Positions 36,454-45,706 of a stretch of DNA of 64,000 nt are shown piece by piece. The stretch lies in NCBI GenBank assembly GCA_944350085.1, contig CALVNY010000017.1:126690-190689 (forward strand). The letters are read 5' to 3'. Numbering within the stretch: the first letter of the stretch is position 1; each line of letters opens with the position of its first letter. The stretch comes from an uncultured Clostridia bacterium. Its GTDB lineage: Bacteria; Bacillota; Clostridia; Christensenellales; UBA1242. The notes beneath the pieces were generated by a model. The model saw nothing but the letters and a program-made list of their open reading frames with translations, was not told the origin of the DNA and made no database searches. The position numbers were made by a program, and so were the translations under genes.

Positions 36454-39287
36454 TATAAATCTTCTCCAAATCTTTCTTCAAACTCTTGTTGAGTTATGAA
36501 AATTATTCTGTTGTTTTTGCTGTCTGGTTCTGAAATAAACCCTGCATTTTCCATTTGGTCAATCAATTTTCCAGCCTTTGGATAACCAACGCCTAATGCT
36601 CTTTGAACACCACTAACGCTTGCTCTATTTGTTCTTAAAACACATCTAAGTGCATCTTTAAGCAATGGGTCAAAGGCTTCCTTTTTTAGCCCATCAGCAT
36701 TGAAAGAATTTGTTTTTGGATTAAACATTGCATCTTCAATATCACTATCAAAAACACATTCATTGTTTTCTTTAACAAAATTTACAACATTTTCAATTTC
36801 TTTGTCTGAAACATAAGCCCCTTGAATTCTTTCTAAGTCTGGGCTTGCCTGGTCAGAAAGTAACATATCTCCTCTTCCCAAAAGATTTTCAGCACCACCG
36901 CAACCAATAATTGTTTTACTATTTTCAAATGAAGTTACAGCAAAAGCAATTCGGCTAGGTAAATTTGCTTTAATTGTTCCTGTAATAATATCAACACTTG
37001 GTCTTTGAGTTGCAATAACCATATGAATTCCTGAAGCCCTTGCTTTTTGTCCAAGCCTTACAATTTTGTCTTCAATTTCTTTTTTGTGTGTTAGCATCAA
37101 ATCGCCAACCTCATCTAGCACTATAACTATATAAGGTAATTTTTCTTTTATTCCATCTTTGACTTCATCTTTTTCATTGTAGTCTGCAATATTTCTAGCC
37201 ATTACACTACTTAAAAGTTTGTATCTTCTATCCATTTCATTGCAAGCCCATTCAAGCATCATAACTGCCCTATCTGGGTCTGTGATTATTTCTGGGATTA
37301 GTAAATGTGGGATACCTTTATAAAGATTAAATTCAACTTGTTTAGGGTCAACCAAAATTATTTTAACATCTTCTGGTGATGCGTGGTACAAGAAACTAAT
37401 AAGCATTGTATTTAAGCAAACAGATTTTCCGCTACCTGTAGCCCCTGCAACTAACAAGTGAATTAATTTGTCAAGTTTAGCAACTTTTGCTTCACCTGTT
37501 ATGTCTTTACCTAATGAAAATGTAAGTGGTGATTTTGAATTTTGAAAGTTTGAACTTTCAATAATATCTCTTATTCCAACCACATCAATAGTTTTATTTG
37601 GAACTTCAATTCCAAAAGTGTTTTTCTTTGGAATTGGAATTTCCATTCTAATTGCACCATTGGATTGAACTGCCATTGCTATGTCATTGCTATAATTAAC
37701 AATTTTGTTAACAGGAATTCCTGATGGCATTTGCATTTCAAATCTACTAAATGCAGGCCCGCGTTTTATTGAAACAATTTTTGCTGGGGCTTTAAAACTT
37801 GCCAAAGTTTCTTCTAAGGTTTGACCTTTTATTATGTTTTCATTTTCGTCATAATTTTCATTATGAATTATATTTAATAAATCAATTGGTGGTTTTATAT
37901 AGTGATATGGCTTTTTATATTTTGGTTTGTCACTATATTTTTCACCAGCAACTTCACCCATAACCATTTGAGCCATTTTCTTAGGTTCTGTTTGAATAGG
38001 TGTTAAATTAATTTCTTCTTCAACATCTTCTTTAATAATTGGTGGACGTTTAAATGTTTGGGTTGTATTATTTTCATAAGACGAATAATTGTTGTTTTTA
38101 AAATCATTTTTAACATCATTAAATGTTAAATTTTCATCATAAATGTCGTCATCATAATTTTTATTATTAAACATTTCAGTTTGAGTTTGATTGTTTAAAG
38201 GCTCTTTGTTTGTGTCTAAATCTTCATTAAAGTTATAACTATTGTTAGACTTTTCAAAATATAAATTATTTTCAGATTTGTTAGGTGCAACAACGCTTGT
38301 TGGCTCTTCACTTTCATCATTTATTGGCCTACCTGTTATAACTCTTAAATATTCAAGGTTTTTCCTATCCCTTTCAGATAATGTTCGTTTTGTGCTTTGT
38401 TGGGTGTTATTTTGAGATGTGTTTTCATGAACATATCTTGGTGGCCTATCGTTATTAATGTTGCTTGATTCAGTGGCTTTAAAAATATCTTTTAAAACTT
38501 GCTTATTTTCATTTTGTTGTTCAATGTTTGTTGCATCTCTGTTTAGCCCCAAAATGCTTTTTGCTTTTATTTTATCTTTTTCAGAGGTTGTTAGTTCTGT
38601 TATTTTGTTTTCTTTTTCAAGTTTTTCTATTTCTTCATCTTCAACAAAAATACTATCATCAAATTGAGGTGCAGGTTTTTCATTGTTTGATTGCTTTGAA
38701 GTTTTTAAATTTTCAATTTTGTGTTCTATATCATTAGTTTCATTTACACTGTCAATAGTTTTTAAATTTTTAATTTTAAAATAATTATAAAATCTAATAA
38801 CAATTAAAGTTGTTACAATTACTAATGCAATCAAAAACAAAACAACTGCACTAACAAATGTGTGAGTTAATGCAATAAGTGGATATGAAAAAATTGAAAA
38901 TACAATTCCACCTGCTGTAAGTTTATAGTTGTAACTTGCAACCAAATAATCTTTAAAACTATCTAATGGTAGTTTAATTGTGGTTAAACTTTGTAGCATA
39001 CAAATAAAGAAAAACAACCATAAACTAAATAAAGCAATATCTATTTTTGAAACTTTGTAAGATTTATTTAAAATTAGCAATATGCCAATTACAACAACAC
39101 TTAAAAATATTGCATAAGAAAACAAACCAAAAGTGCCAAGAAAAAATGAATTAATAAGTGATAAAATATTAAATGCTAAATTAATTAGAAGCAAACCAAA
39201 AATAACGGTTAGAGAAATTCCAACCTTTAATTTTAAATTTTTATCTAAGTTTTGTTTTGATTTTGTTTTTTTAGAATATATTGCCAA
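36453..39287 (-). CDS. ftsK: DNA translocase FtsK/SpoIIIE
   Basis: N-terminal TM helices, a long N/D/E-rich linker, a motor domain with Walker A GATGSGKS and Walker B IVIVLDEVGDL, and a C-terminal gamma wHTH. Confidence 0.92.
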   Translation of the reverse strand: MAIYSKKTKSKQNLDKNLKLKVGISLTVIFGLLLINLAFNILSLINSFFLGTFGLFSYAIFLSVVVIGILLILNKSYKVSKIDIALFSLWLFFFICMLQSLTTIKLPLDSFKDYLVASYNYKLTAGGIVFSIFSYPLIALTHTFVSAVVLFLIALVIVTTLIVIRFYNYFKIKNLKTIDSVNETNDIEHKIENLKTSKQSNNEKPAPQFDDSIFVEDEEIEKLEKENKITELTTSEKDKIKAKSILGLNRDATNIEQQNENKQVLKDIFKATESSNINNDRPPRYVHENTSQNNTQQSTKRTLSERDRKNLEYLRVITGRPINDESEEPTSVVAPNKSENNLYFEKSNNSYNFNEDLDTNKEPLNNQTQTEMFNNKNYDDDIYDENLTFNDVKNDFKNNNYSSYENNTTQTFKRPPIIKEDVEEEINLTPIQTEPKKMAQMVMGEVAGEKYSDKPKYKKPYHYIKPPIDLLNIIHNENYDENENIIKGQTLEETLASFKAPAKIVSIKRGPAFSRFEMQMPSGIPVNKIVNYSNDIAMAVQSNGAIRMEIPIPKKNTFGIEVPNKTIDVVGIRDIIESSNFQNSKSPLTFSLGKDITGEAKVAKLDKLIHLLVAGATGSGKSVCLNTMLISFLYHASPEDVKIILVDPKQVEFNLYKGIPHLLIPEIITDPDRAVMMLEWACNEMDRRYKLLSSVMARNIADYNEKDEVKDGIKEKLPYIVIVLDEVGDLMLTHKKEIEDKIVRLGQKARASGIHMVIATQRPSVDIITGTIKANLPSRIAFAVTSFENSKTIIGCGGAENLLGRGDMLLSDQASPDLERIQGAYVSDKEIENVVNFVKENNECVFDSDIEDAMFNPKTNSFNADGLKKEAFDPLLKDALRCVLRTNRASVSGVQRALGVGYPKAGKLIDQMENAGFISEPDSKNNRIIFITQQEFEERFGEDL

Positions 39288-39384
39288 AATATCACTCCAA
39301 ACATTATAACTTTGTTAAAAAAATTTTACATATATATTGTATCATATATATAATTTATATTAAAACAAAAATAGTAAATTAATA

Positions 39385-39422
39385 AACAAAAAAAGCACCA
39401 ATTTTTTCCTTAGTGCTTTAAT
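39385..39422 (-). terminator. terminator after the M16 peptidase gene
   Basis: On the minus strand: AAAGCAC-loop-GTGCTTT followed by a T-run. The stem overlaps the stop codon. Confidence 0.6.
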
Positions 39423-40689
39423 CTATTACAAAATCTTTAAAAATTTTTGTGTTTACTTTTGTTCCAAGTATTCCACCTACAAAATTTTTTGTGTTTAAAA
39501 ATAATTTTGCAACTTCTTTAATTTCTTTTTTGGTTACTTTTGAGTAGGTTTCAACAGCATCTTCAATTTCAAAGCATTTGTTATATTTAAAGAAATCAAT
39601 AGCATTACCTGCAGAGCAACTCAACGAATCTTCACTACTTGTTAAAAGAGAAATTTTAAATTTTTGTTTTTCATGATTAAGTTCAGTTTCGCTAACACCA
39701 TTTTTTATAACTTTTTCCAATTCTGCTTTAATGATTTCTAGTGCTTTTGGAACATTATCTTGTGCTGTGGCAAAATAAATGTTAATTACACCACCTATTG
39801 GACACTCTTCTAAGTAACACGAAATATTGTAAACTAAACCATAATTTTCTCTAACACTTTTAAAAAGTCTGCTACTAGCATCTCCCCCTAAAATACTAAC
39901 TAAAATGTTAGTTGCATAGTACATATTATTTAAACAATTTGGTGCTGGAAATTTAAGTAAAACTTGGCATTGTTCGGCTTTTTTATTTACTGCAACAAAG
40001 TTTTTAGTTGGAACAAAAATTTGGTTTTTATATTCATTATATTCTGTGTTTTTTCTGTTTAAAAATTCTTCTGTTAAGTGTTTTTTAAGCAATTCTTTTG
40101 CTTCTTGCATAGTAATTTTGCCTGCAAATGAAACAATTAAATTGTTTGGTGTATAATGTGAATTGTAAAAATTTACAATTTGTTTTCTTGTGATTTTTTC
40201 TAAACTAGATTTTGTGCCTAAAATTATTTTGTCATAACCTGTTCCTTTAAAATATGCCAATTTTGTGGCTTCATTTAAAACATCATGATTTATGTCTTTG
40301 TACCTAATTATTTCGTCTTCAACAATACTTTTTTCTTTTTTTATGTTGTTTATATTAAATGTTGTGTTTTGCAAAATGTCAGCATAAACTTCAAAAGCAT
40401 CTTCAAAAAATTCAACAATGTTTTTTATATAAAATCTTGTTTTTGAAATTGATGTGCTTGCGTTAAAAATTGTGTTGATATTATCTAAATCGTTTCTTAT
40501 TTTAAATTTATTTCTTTTTTTAGTGCCAGAAAATAGCAAGTGTTCAATTAAGTGTGCAATACCATTTTCATCTTCTTTTTCATAAACACTTCCTGCATTA
40601 AAATCAAAAAAACAACTAATTGTTTTTGCTTGTGGTATATTTTCAACTGCAAGCCTTATTCCATTTTTATATGTGTAAGTTTCTATCAT
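39418..40689 (-). CDS. M16 family (pitrilysin-like) zinc peptidase
   Basis: Inverted zinc motif HLIEHLLFSGT (HxxEH). Size and neighbourhood resemble Bacillus mlpA/ymxG. Confidence 0.8.
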   Translation of the reverse strand: MIETYTYKNGIRLAVENIPQAKTISCFFDFNAGSVYEKEDENGIAHLIEHLLFSGTKKRNKFKIRNDLDNINTIFNASTSISKTRFYIKNIVEFFEDAFEVYADILQNTTFNINNIKKEKSIVEDEIIRYKDINHDVLNEATKLAYFKGTGYDKIILGTKSSLEKITRKQIVNFYNSHYTPNNLIVSFAGKITMQEAKELLKKHLTEEFLNRKNTEYNEYKNQIFVPTKNFVAVNKKAEQCQVLLKFPAPNCLNNMYYATNILVSILGGDASSRLFKSVRENYGLVYNISCYLEECPIGGVINIYFATAQDNVPKALEIIKAELEKVIKNGVSETELNHEKQKFKISLLTSSEDSLSCSAGNAIDFFKYNKCFEIEDAVETYSKVTKKEIKEVAKLFLNTKNFVGGILGTKVNTKIFKDFVID

Positions 40690-40789
40690 AATTCACCTAT
40701 ATTTATTATTAGTAAAAATATAATTTTAATTACAATATGATAAATAAAAATTTTTAATAAATCAAGTTTATGATATTAATTTCAAAATT

Positions 40790-41506
40790 TTATCCAAGTG
40801 TTTGAGTAACTGTTGTTGCAGTTAAATTGTTAGCCAAATAATAATCTAAAATTTTTGGCAACGCCTTTGCTGTGCATTCAGTTGGGTGCATAAGTATTAA
40901 ATCGCCACCACAAACATTTTTGGTTGCTCTTGAATATATTAAATCAACATCTTTATCTCGCCAATCAATTGTGTCTTTGCTCCACATAATTGTTTTATAG
41001 CCCAAATCAGATGCAACTTGCAAAGTTGAATTATTATATGCCCCACTTGGTGGTGCAAATAAATTCATATCAATATTAAGCAATGTTTTAATTAGTTTGT
41101 GGTTTGAATTTATTTCGGTGTAATTTCCATCATAATTTAATTTGTCTTGGTCTTTATGAAAATAACCATGATTTCCAATTTCGTGTCCTGAGTCATAAAT
41201 CTTTTGCAAATATTCCTGTTCTTTTTCTGCCCACTGTCCACCTACAAAAAAAGTGCATTTCACATTGTATGTGTTTAATGTTTCAAGAATACTATCTAAA
41301 TATTCTGTTCCCCAATAAACATTAATCATTAATGAAACATAAGAACTATCTTTATTTCCGTTATAAATTGCTTCAATATCTTTTTTTGTAAACACATTTA
41401 CACTATTAAAATTTAATGTTGCACCACCAACTAAGCAAAGCATTATAATAATACATATATTTGGTATTATATGTTTGTATAATTGATATTTAAAATCTTT
41501 TTTCAT
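40790..41506 (-). CDS. polysaccharide deacetylase (NodB homology, YlxY/PdaB-like)
   Basis: N-terminal TM helix and NodB motifs (FFVGGQW, HEIGNHGYFH). Adjacent to the M16 peptidase, as in Bacillus ylxY-mlpA. Confidence 0.8.
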   Translation of the reverse strand: MKKDFKYQLYKHIIPNICIIIMLCLVGGATLNFNSVNVFTKKDIEAIYNGNKDSSYVSLMINVYWGTEYLDSILETLNTYNVKCTFFVGGQWAEKEQEYLQKIYDSGHEIGNHGYFHKDQDKLNYDGNYTEINSNHKLIKTLLNIDMNLFAPPSGAYNNSTLQVASDLGYKTIMWSKDTIDWRDKDVDLIYSRATKNVCGGDLILMHPTECTAKALPKILDYYLANNLTATTVTQTLG

Positions 41507-41562
41507 TTTAACCTACACTATTATATTTTTAATATAATGTATGTTATAAAAAAAAGAATAAG

Positions 41563-41595
41563 AACAAAAAAATAAGGCTATTTATTGCCTTATTA
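41563..41595. terminator. terminator after the SDR gene
   Basis: Stem AATAAGGC / GCCTTATT flanked by A/T runs. Confidence 0.6.
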
Positions 41596-41599
41596 TTTT

Positions 41600-42343
41600 T
41601 TAAACGTTTCCATATATTCCGCCATCAATTCGAATAATTTCGTTGTTTATAAAGTTTGCTTTGTCGCTTGCTAAAAACTCAACTAAGTTTGCTACATCTT
41701 CTTCTGTGCCAATTCTTTTAACCATAATTTTTTCAACTTCTGCTTCAATAAATTCCTTGTCCATACCACTTATTTCGCTTTCGGTTGAAATAAAACCGGG
41801 TGCTATTGCATTAACATTAACATAAGGAGCAAATTGCATTGCTAAATTATGTGTTAAAGATATTATTGCTGATTTGCTTGCGTCGTAATCAATACACATT
41901 GGAAAATAAGTGTTTATTCCATTTGTACTTGTTAAGTTTATAATTTTGCCATATTTATTGTCATACATTATTTGGCCAATATATTTGCTAACTAAAAATG
42001 TTCCAAGCACATTAACTTCCATTGTTCTCATAAAATTTTCAGCAGATTTATCTTGAAATAAGGAATCAAAACAAACTGCAGCATTGTTTACTAACACATC
42101 AACCTTTTTAAACTCTTTTAAAATGTTGGTTACCATTTCTTTAACTTCAAGTTCATTTGAAATATCACATTTTATAACAATGCATTTAACACCAAAATTT
42201 TCAATTTCATCTTTAAGCAAATAAGCCTTATCTTTGCTTGTATTGTAATTTATAATTATATCGTAACCTGCTTTTGCTAATGTGATTGCAATTTGTCTGC
42301 CAATACCCCTAGCAGACCCTGTTACTAGTGCTACTTTATTCAT
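41600..42343 (-). CDS. SDR family oxidoreductase (FabG-like)
   Basis: TGSARGIGRQIA cofactor motif, NNAAV, and catalytic YDASKSA. Confidence 0.85.
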   Translation of the reverse strand: MNKVALVTGSARGIGRQIAITLAKAGYDIIINYNTSKDKAYLLKDEIENFGVKCIVIKCDISNELEVKEMVTNILKEFKKVDVLVNNAAVCFDSLFQDKSAENFMRTMEVNVLGTFLVSKYIGQIMYDNKYGKIINLTSTNGINTYFPMCIDYDASKSAIISLTHNLAMQFAPYVNVNAIAPGFISTESEISGMDKEFIEAEVEKIMVKRIGTEEDVANLVEFLASDKANFINNEIIRIDGGIYGNV

Positions 42344-42426
42344 AAATTCCCCTTATTGTAATTTAAAAATTTTTATAAGTTTTAAATTTATAATTTAATT
42401 ATTATTTTAAAGTTAATTTATTAAAT

Positions 42427-42455
42427 ATTATAACAAATATATTTTTATTAAACAA
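42427..42455 (-). promoter_or_regulatory. candidate sigma-A promoter of the SDR gene
   Basis: On the minus strand: TTGTTT (42455-42450), 17 nt, TATAAT (42432-42427). Confidence 0.4.
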
Positions 42456-42493
42456 TTAATTAATACTATGCAAAATTAAAAAAAGGCTTAAAA

Positions 42494-43051
42494 TTAAGCC
42501 CTTGAATAATATTTGCCATCGGCTGTTGTAACAATAATTTTTTCGCCTTCTTCAATAAACATTGGAACTTTAACAAGTAACCCTGTTTCAACATAAGCAT
42601 CTTTTGTTGCGTTTGTTTGAGTGTTGCCTTTAACTGCTGGGTCACACCTAGTAATTGTTAATACAATTTTTTCAGGCAATGTGATGCCTAATAATTCGCC
42701 ATTGTATTGTGCAATATCAACTTCCATATTTTCAATTAAGAAATCTTTATTGTCGCCAATTTGTTCAGCACTAAGTTCAATTTGGTCGTAAGTTTGGGTG
42801 TTCATAAAATAATATGTGTCACCAGCACTATACAAATATTGAACAGTCATTCTATCAATTTTTGCTTCTTCAAACTTAATGTTTGTGTTGAAGTTTTGCT
42901 CCAAAGTTGTGCCTGTTCTTAAATTTTTGTACTTTGCTTTCATAAATGCAGAACCTTTTCCTGGTTTTACATGCAAGAAATCTACAATTTGGCAAATATT
43001 GCCATCAATTATTAGTGTCATACCTTTTTTAATACTATTTACATCAATCAT
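42494..43051 (-). CDS. efp: elongation factor P
   Basis: 185 aa with VKPGKGSAFMKAKYKNLRTG and full-length EF-P similarity. Confidence 0.95.
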   Translation of the reverse strand: MIDVNSIKKGMTLIIDGNICQIVDFLHVKPGKGSAFMKAKYKNLRTGTTLEQNFNTNIKFEEAKIDRMTVQYLYSAGDTYYFMNTQTYDQIELSAEQIGDNKDFLIENMEVDIAQYNGELLGITLPEKIVLTITRCDPAVKGNTQTNATKDAYVETGLLVKVPMFIEEGEKIIVTTADGKYYSRA

Positions 43052-43080
43052 CTTTATTCACCTTCTATTAGTCTATATAA

Positions 43081-43109
43081 ATTTTATTAAATTTTGCCAA
43101 AATTGTCAA
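43081..43109 (-). promoter_or_regulatory. efp promoter
   Basis: On the minus strand: TTGACA (43109-43104), 17 nt, TAAAAT (43086-43081). Confidence 0.5.
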
Positions 43110-43143
43110 CATCTTTGTTACAATATAAAATATAACAATTAAA

Positions 43144-44013
43144 TTATTTGTTTTTATTTTCTATTGGATTTGTTAAATTTTTATTTTCTTTAATATCTTC
43201 TATTTTGTTGTTATTTTTATTTTTCTTAATATATTTAGTCCACAAAATAAAGCCATAAATTGTGTTTGTTAAGTATCCAACTTGCAATAACAACATAATC
43301 CAATTTGATGATACACTCCACATAATAGTTTCGCAAATTATTACGCCCAACCATGCAATCCATTGTTCCTTGTATCTAAACCACAAAAATAATCCATTGC
43401 AAACACTAAATGTGTTGGCAAGTGCATCTATATACCAAATATCTGATAGTCCTTCAAACCACCCACCAACAAAAGTGAACATTAAGCCTGTTAATAAGGA
43501 TATTACAAGAACACTTATAAACATAACAATTTCTTGTTTGTAATTAATTTCTTTAACTTGCGTTTTTGATTGATTTTCCTCATCTTGTTTTTTGTCCCAA
43601 GAAAAGAAACTAATAAATAACATTGGAACCCAAAACAAAACTTCAAATAATGCACTTACATAGTATCCATCGGCAATGTAAATTACAATTTGAGTTAAAT
43701 CGTAAAAGAAGAACGAAACAATAAACGCCCATTTTGATTGTTTTGATAGCAACAACTCACATGAGCAACCACCAAGCAAAGTAACAATTTCAAAACCAAT
43801 TAGCCAACCATGTTCTTCTGGGAATAGTACTGTTATTACTATTCCACCAGTAAACATAATTAAAAGCCATATTTTTTCATAAGTTGTAAAATATTTCCAA
43901 AATTTAATAAAAATATTTTTATTTGGTTTGTTTAAATTTTCATTTTCATTAGTTTCATTTGTATTTTTATTGAGAATTTCAACATCTTTTTTTATATTTT
44001 CTTTTTTATCCAT
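43144..44013 (-). CDS. pnuC: PnuC-family nicotinamide riboside (or related vitamin) transporter
   Basis: Polytopic, Trp-rich PnuC-like pattern (ELLLSKQSKWAF, FFSWDKK, NGLFLWFRYKEQW, GFILWTKY). ATG 44013 is preferred over ATG 44043, which directly abuts a hairpin and has no SD. Confidence 0.7.
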   Translation of the reverse strand: MDKKENIKKDVEILNKNTNETNENENLNKPNKNIFIKFWKYFTTYEKIWLLIMFTGGIVITVLFPEEHGWLIGFEIVTLLGGCSCELLLSKQSKWAFIVSFFFYDLTQIVIYIADGYYVSALFEVLFWVPMLFISFFSWDKKQDEENQSKTQVKEINYKQEIVMFISVLVISLLTGLMFTFVGGWFEGLSDIWYIDALANTFSVCNGLFLWFRYKEQWIAWLGVIICETIMWSVSSNWIMLLLQVGYLTNTIYGFILWTKYIKKNKNNNKIEDIKENKNLTNPIENKNK

Positions 44014-44043
44014 AATTTTTCCTTTTTTCAAATGTAATACCAT

Positions 44044-44067
44044 AAAAAACGAACTTTTTGTTCGTTA
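44044..44067 (-). terminator. terminator-like hairpin in the pnuC leader
   Basis: On the minus strand: AACGAAC-AAAAA-GTTCGTT followed by TTTT, about 30 nt upstream of the preferred pnuC start. Confidence 0.4.
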
Positions 44068-44172
44068 AAATTTTGGTGGTGGGAATATTAAATAACCATT
44101 TAAAAAAAGAATAAGTTGCAATTTAAAACCTCTCTATAAATTAAAAAAATGACACAATACAATGCCAAGTTA

Positions 44173-44201
44173 AGTTTACATTAATTTGATTTTGTTGTCA
44201 A
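44173..44201 (-). promoter_or_regulatory. pnuC promoter
   Basis: On the minus strand: TTGACA (44201-44196), 17 nt, TAAACT (44178-44173). Confidence 0.5.
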
Positions 44202-44214
44202 CTCTATATTTCTC

Positions 44215-44243
44215 TTTACAAAATACTATTATATAAGTAAAAT
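44215..44243 (+). promoter_or_regulatory. candidate promoter of the ynbB-like gene
   Basis: TTTACA (44215-44220), 17 nt, TAAAAT (44238-44243). AGGGAGA SD at 44261-44267. Confidence 0.4.
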
Positions 44244-44272
44244 ATTATGGTTAATAATTTAGGGAGAACAAT

Positions 44273-45535
44273 ATGAATTACTACGGATACGAAATAGATG
44301 AAAAAATAATAAAAGAAGCAGAAGAAACAGAAAAAGAATTAAACGAAATTTTTAAAGAATATGACAAAAATGCACTTTTGTGCAGTGCAAAAGTTTTAAA
44401 AGCCTTTCATAATAACTACCTTTCTAGTTCAGATTTTGCCGAAGTTACTGGATATGGATATGCAGATGGTGGCAGAGATAAATTAGAAAAAATTTATGCT
44501 GAAATATTTAAAGCAGAAGATGCCTTAGTTAGACCACAAATTATGAGTGGCACACATGCCCTTGCTTTAACTTTTTTTGGACTACTTAAACATGGCGACA
44601 CATTTATTTCAATAACAGGTGAACCTTATGATTCTTTGAAAAGCATAATTGGGCTTAGTGGGGAAAGCAAAAATTCATTAATACAAAACGGCGTAAAATA
44701 TGAGCAAATAGATTTAATTAATGATGATTTTGATATCAAAAAAATTGTTGAAAGATTAAAGAAAAGCAAAGTTAAATTAGTTGAAATTCAAAGGTCAAGA
44801 GGATATTCAAATAGAAAAAGTTTAACTATTGACAAAATTGAAAAAGTTTGCAAAGCAATTAGAGAAGTTGACAAAGATGTAATTATCATGTGCGATAATT
44901 GCTATGGCGATTTTGTTGAAGATAGAGAACCAACCGAAGTTGGAGTTGATATTTTAGTTGCTTCCCTATTAAAAAATTTAAGTGGTGGAATTGCAAAAAC
45001 TGGTGGCTACATTGTTGGTAAAAAAGATTTGGTTTGGAGTGTTGCTGAAAGATTTTCAGCGCCATGCATTGGAAAGGATATTGGAGCAAATATGAATCAA
45101 CTAGGTGATTTTTACAGAGGATTATATAGAGCACCTAATACTGTTGCATCTAGCCTAAAAACAATGACATTTGCAAGTTTGTTGCTACAAAAGTTTGGTT
45201 TTAATGTTGACCCTTTGTTTGATGAAAAAAGAACTGATATTATTCAAACAATTAAACTTGGAAGCGCTGAAAATTTAGTTTCTTTTTGTCAAGGTTTGCA
45301 AAAATCTATGCCAGTTGAAAGTTTTTTAACATTAGAACCATCATCAACTCCCGGCTACCCACACGACGAAATTATGGCTAGTGGCAGTTTTACAGAAGGT
45401 TCAACAATAGAACTTTCTTGTGATGGACCAATGGTTGAACCATTTACTTGCTATATGCAAGGTGGCGTAACTTATGAATATGGTAAATTGGGCATTATAA
45501 TTGCTCTTAATGAAATTTTAAGGTCCAAAATTTAA
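44273..45535 (+). CDS. ynbB: YnbB-like PLP enzyme (methionine gamma-lyase / aluminium-resistance family)
   Basis: Near-colinear with Bacillus YnbB: GYGYADGGRD, LVRPQIMSGTHAL, CDNCYGDFVE, KNLSGGIAKTGGY, ELSCDGP. Confidence 0.8.
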   Translation: MNYYGYEIDEKIIKEAEETEKELNEIFKEYDKNALLCSAKVLKAFHNNYLSSSDFAEVTGYGYADGGRDKLEKIYAEIFKAEDALVRPQIMSGTHALALTFFGLLKHGDTFISITGEPYDSLKSIIGLSGESKNSLIQNGVKYEQIDLINDDFDIKKIVERLKKSKVKLVEIQRSRGYSNRKSLTIDKIEKVCKAIREVDKDVIIMCDNCYGDFVEDREPTEVGVDILVASLLKNLSGGIAKTGGYIVGKKDLVWSVAERFSAPCIGKDIGANMNQLGDFYRGLYRAPNTVASSLKTMTFASLLLQKFGFNVDPLFDEKRTDIIQTIKLGSAENLVSFCQGLQKSMPVESFLTLEPSSTPGYPHDEIMASGSFTEGSTIELSCDGPMVEPFTCYMQGGVTYEYGKLGIIIALNEILRSKI

Positions 45536-45659
45536 TTATAAATTTATTGATTAATTAATTTATTATTAACAACTTTATTGGAATTTCATTTTCAAGTTTT
45601 ATATCTTCATCTGGTTTTAATATTAATTAAAAATTTTATAATTGTTTTAAATAAAAATA

Positions 45660-45692
45660 AAAAAAGAACACTAAATGGTGTTCCTTTTTTTA
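45660..45692. terminator. bidirectional terminator between ynbB and pnp
   Basis: Stem GAACAC (45666-45671) / GTGTTC (45678-45683) flanked by an A-run and a T-run. Confidence 0.7.
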
Positions 45693-45706
45693 ATTTAATG
45701 ATTAAG

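Noticed and set aside
44050-44064. CGAACAAAAAGTTCG (as read on the minus strand) upstream of pnuC looks like a LexA/Cheo box.
   Set aside because: Its spacer is 5 nt, not the 4 nt seen in the recA and lexA boxes here and in the Firmicute consensus. It is better explained as the stem of the leader terminator hairpin.
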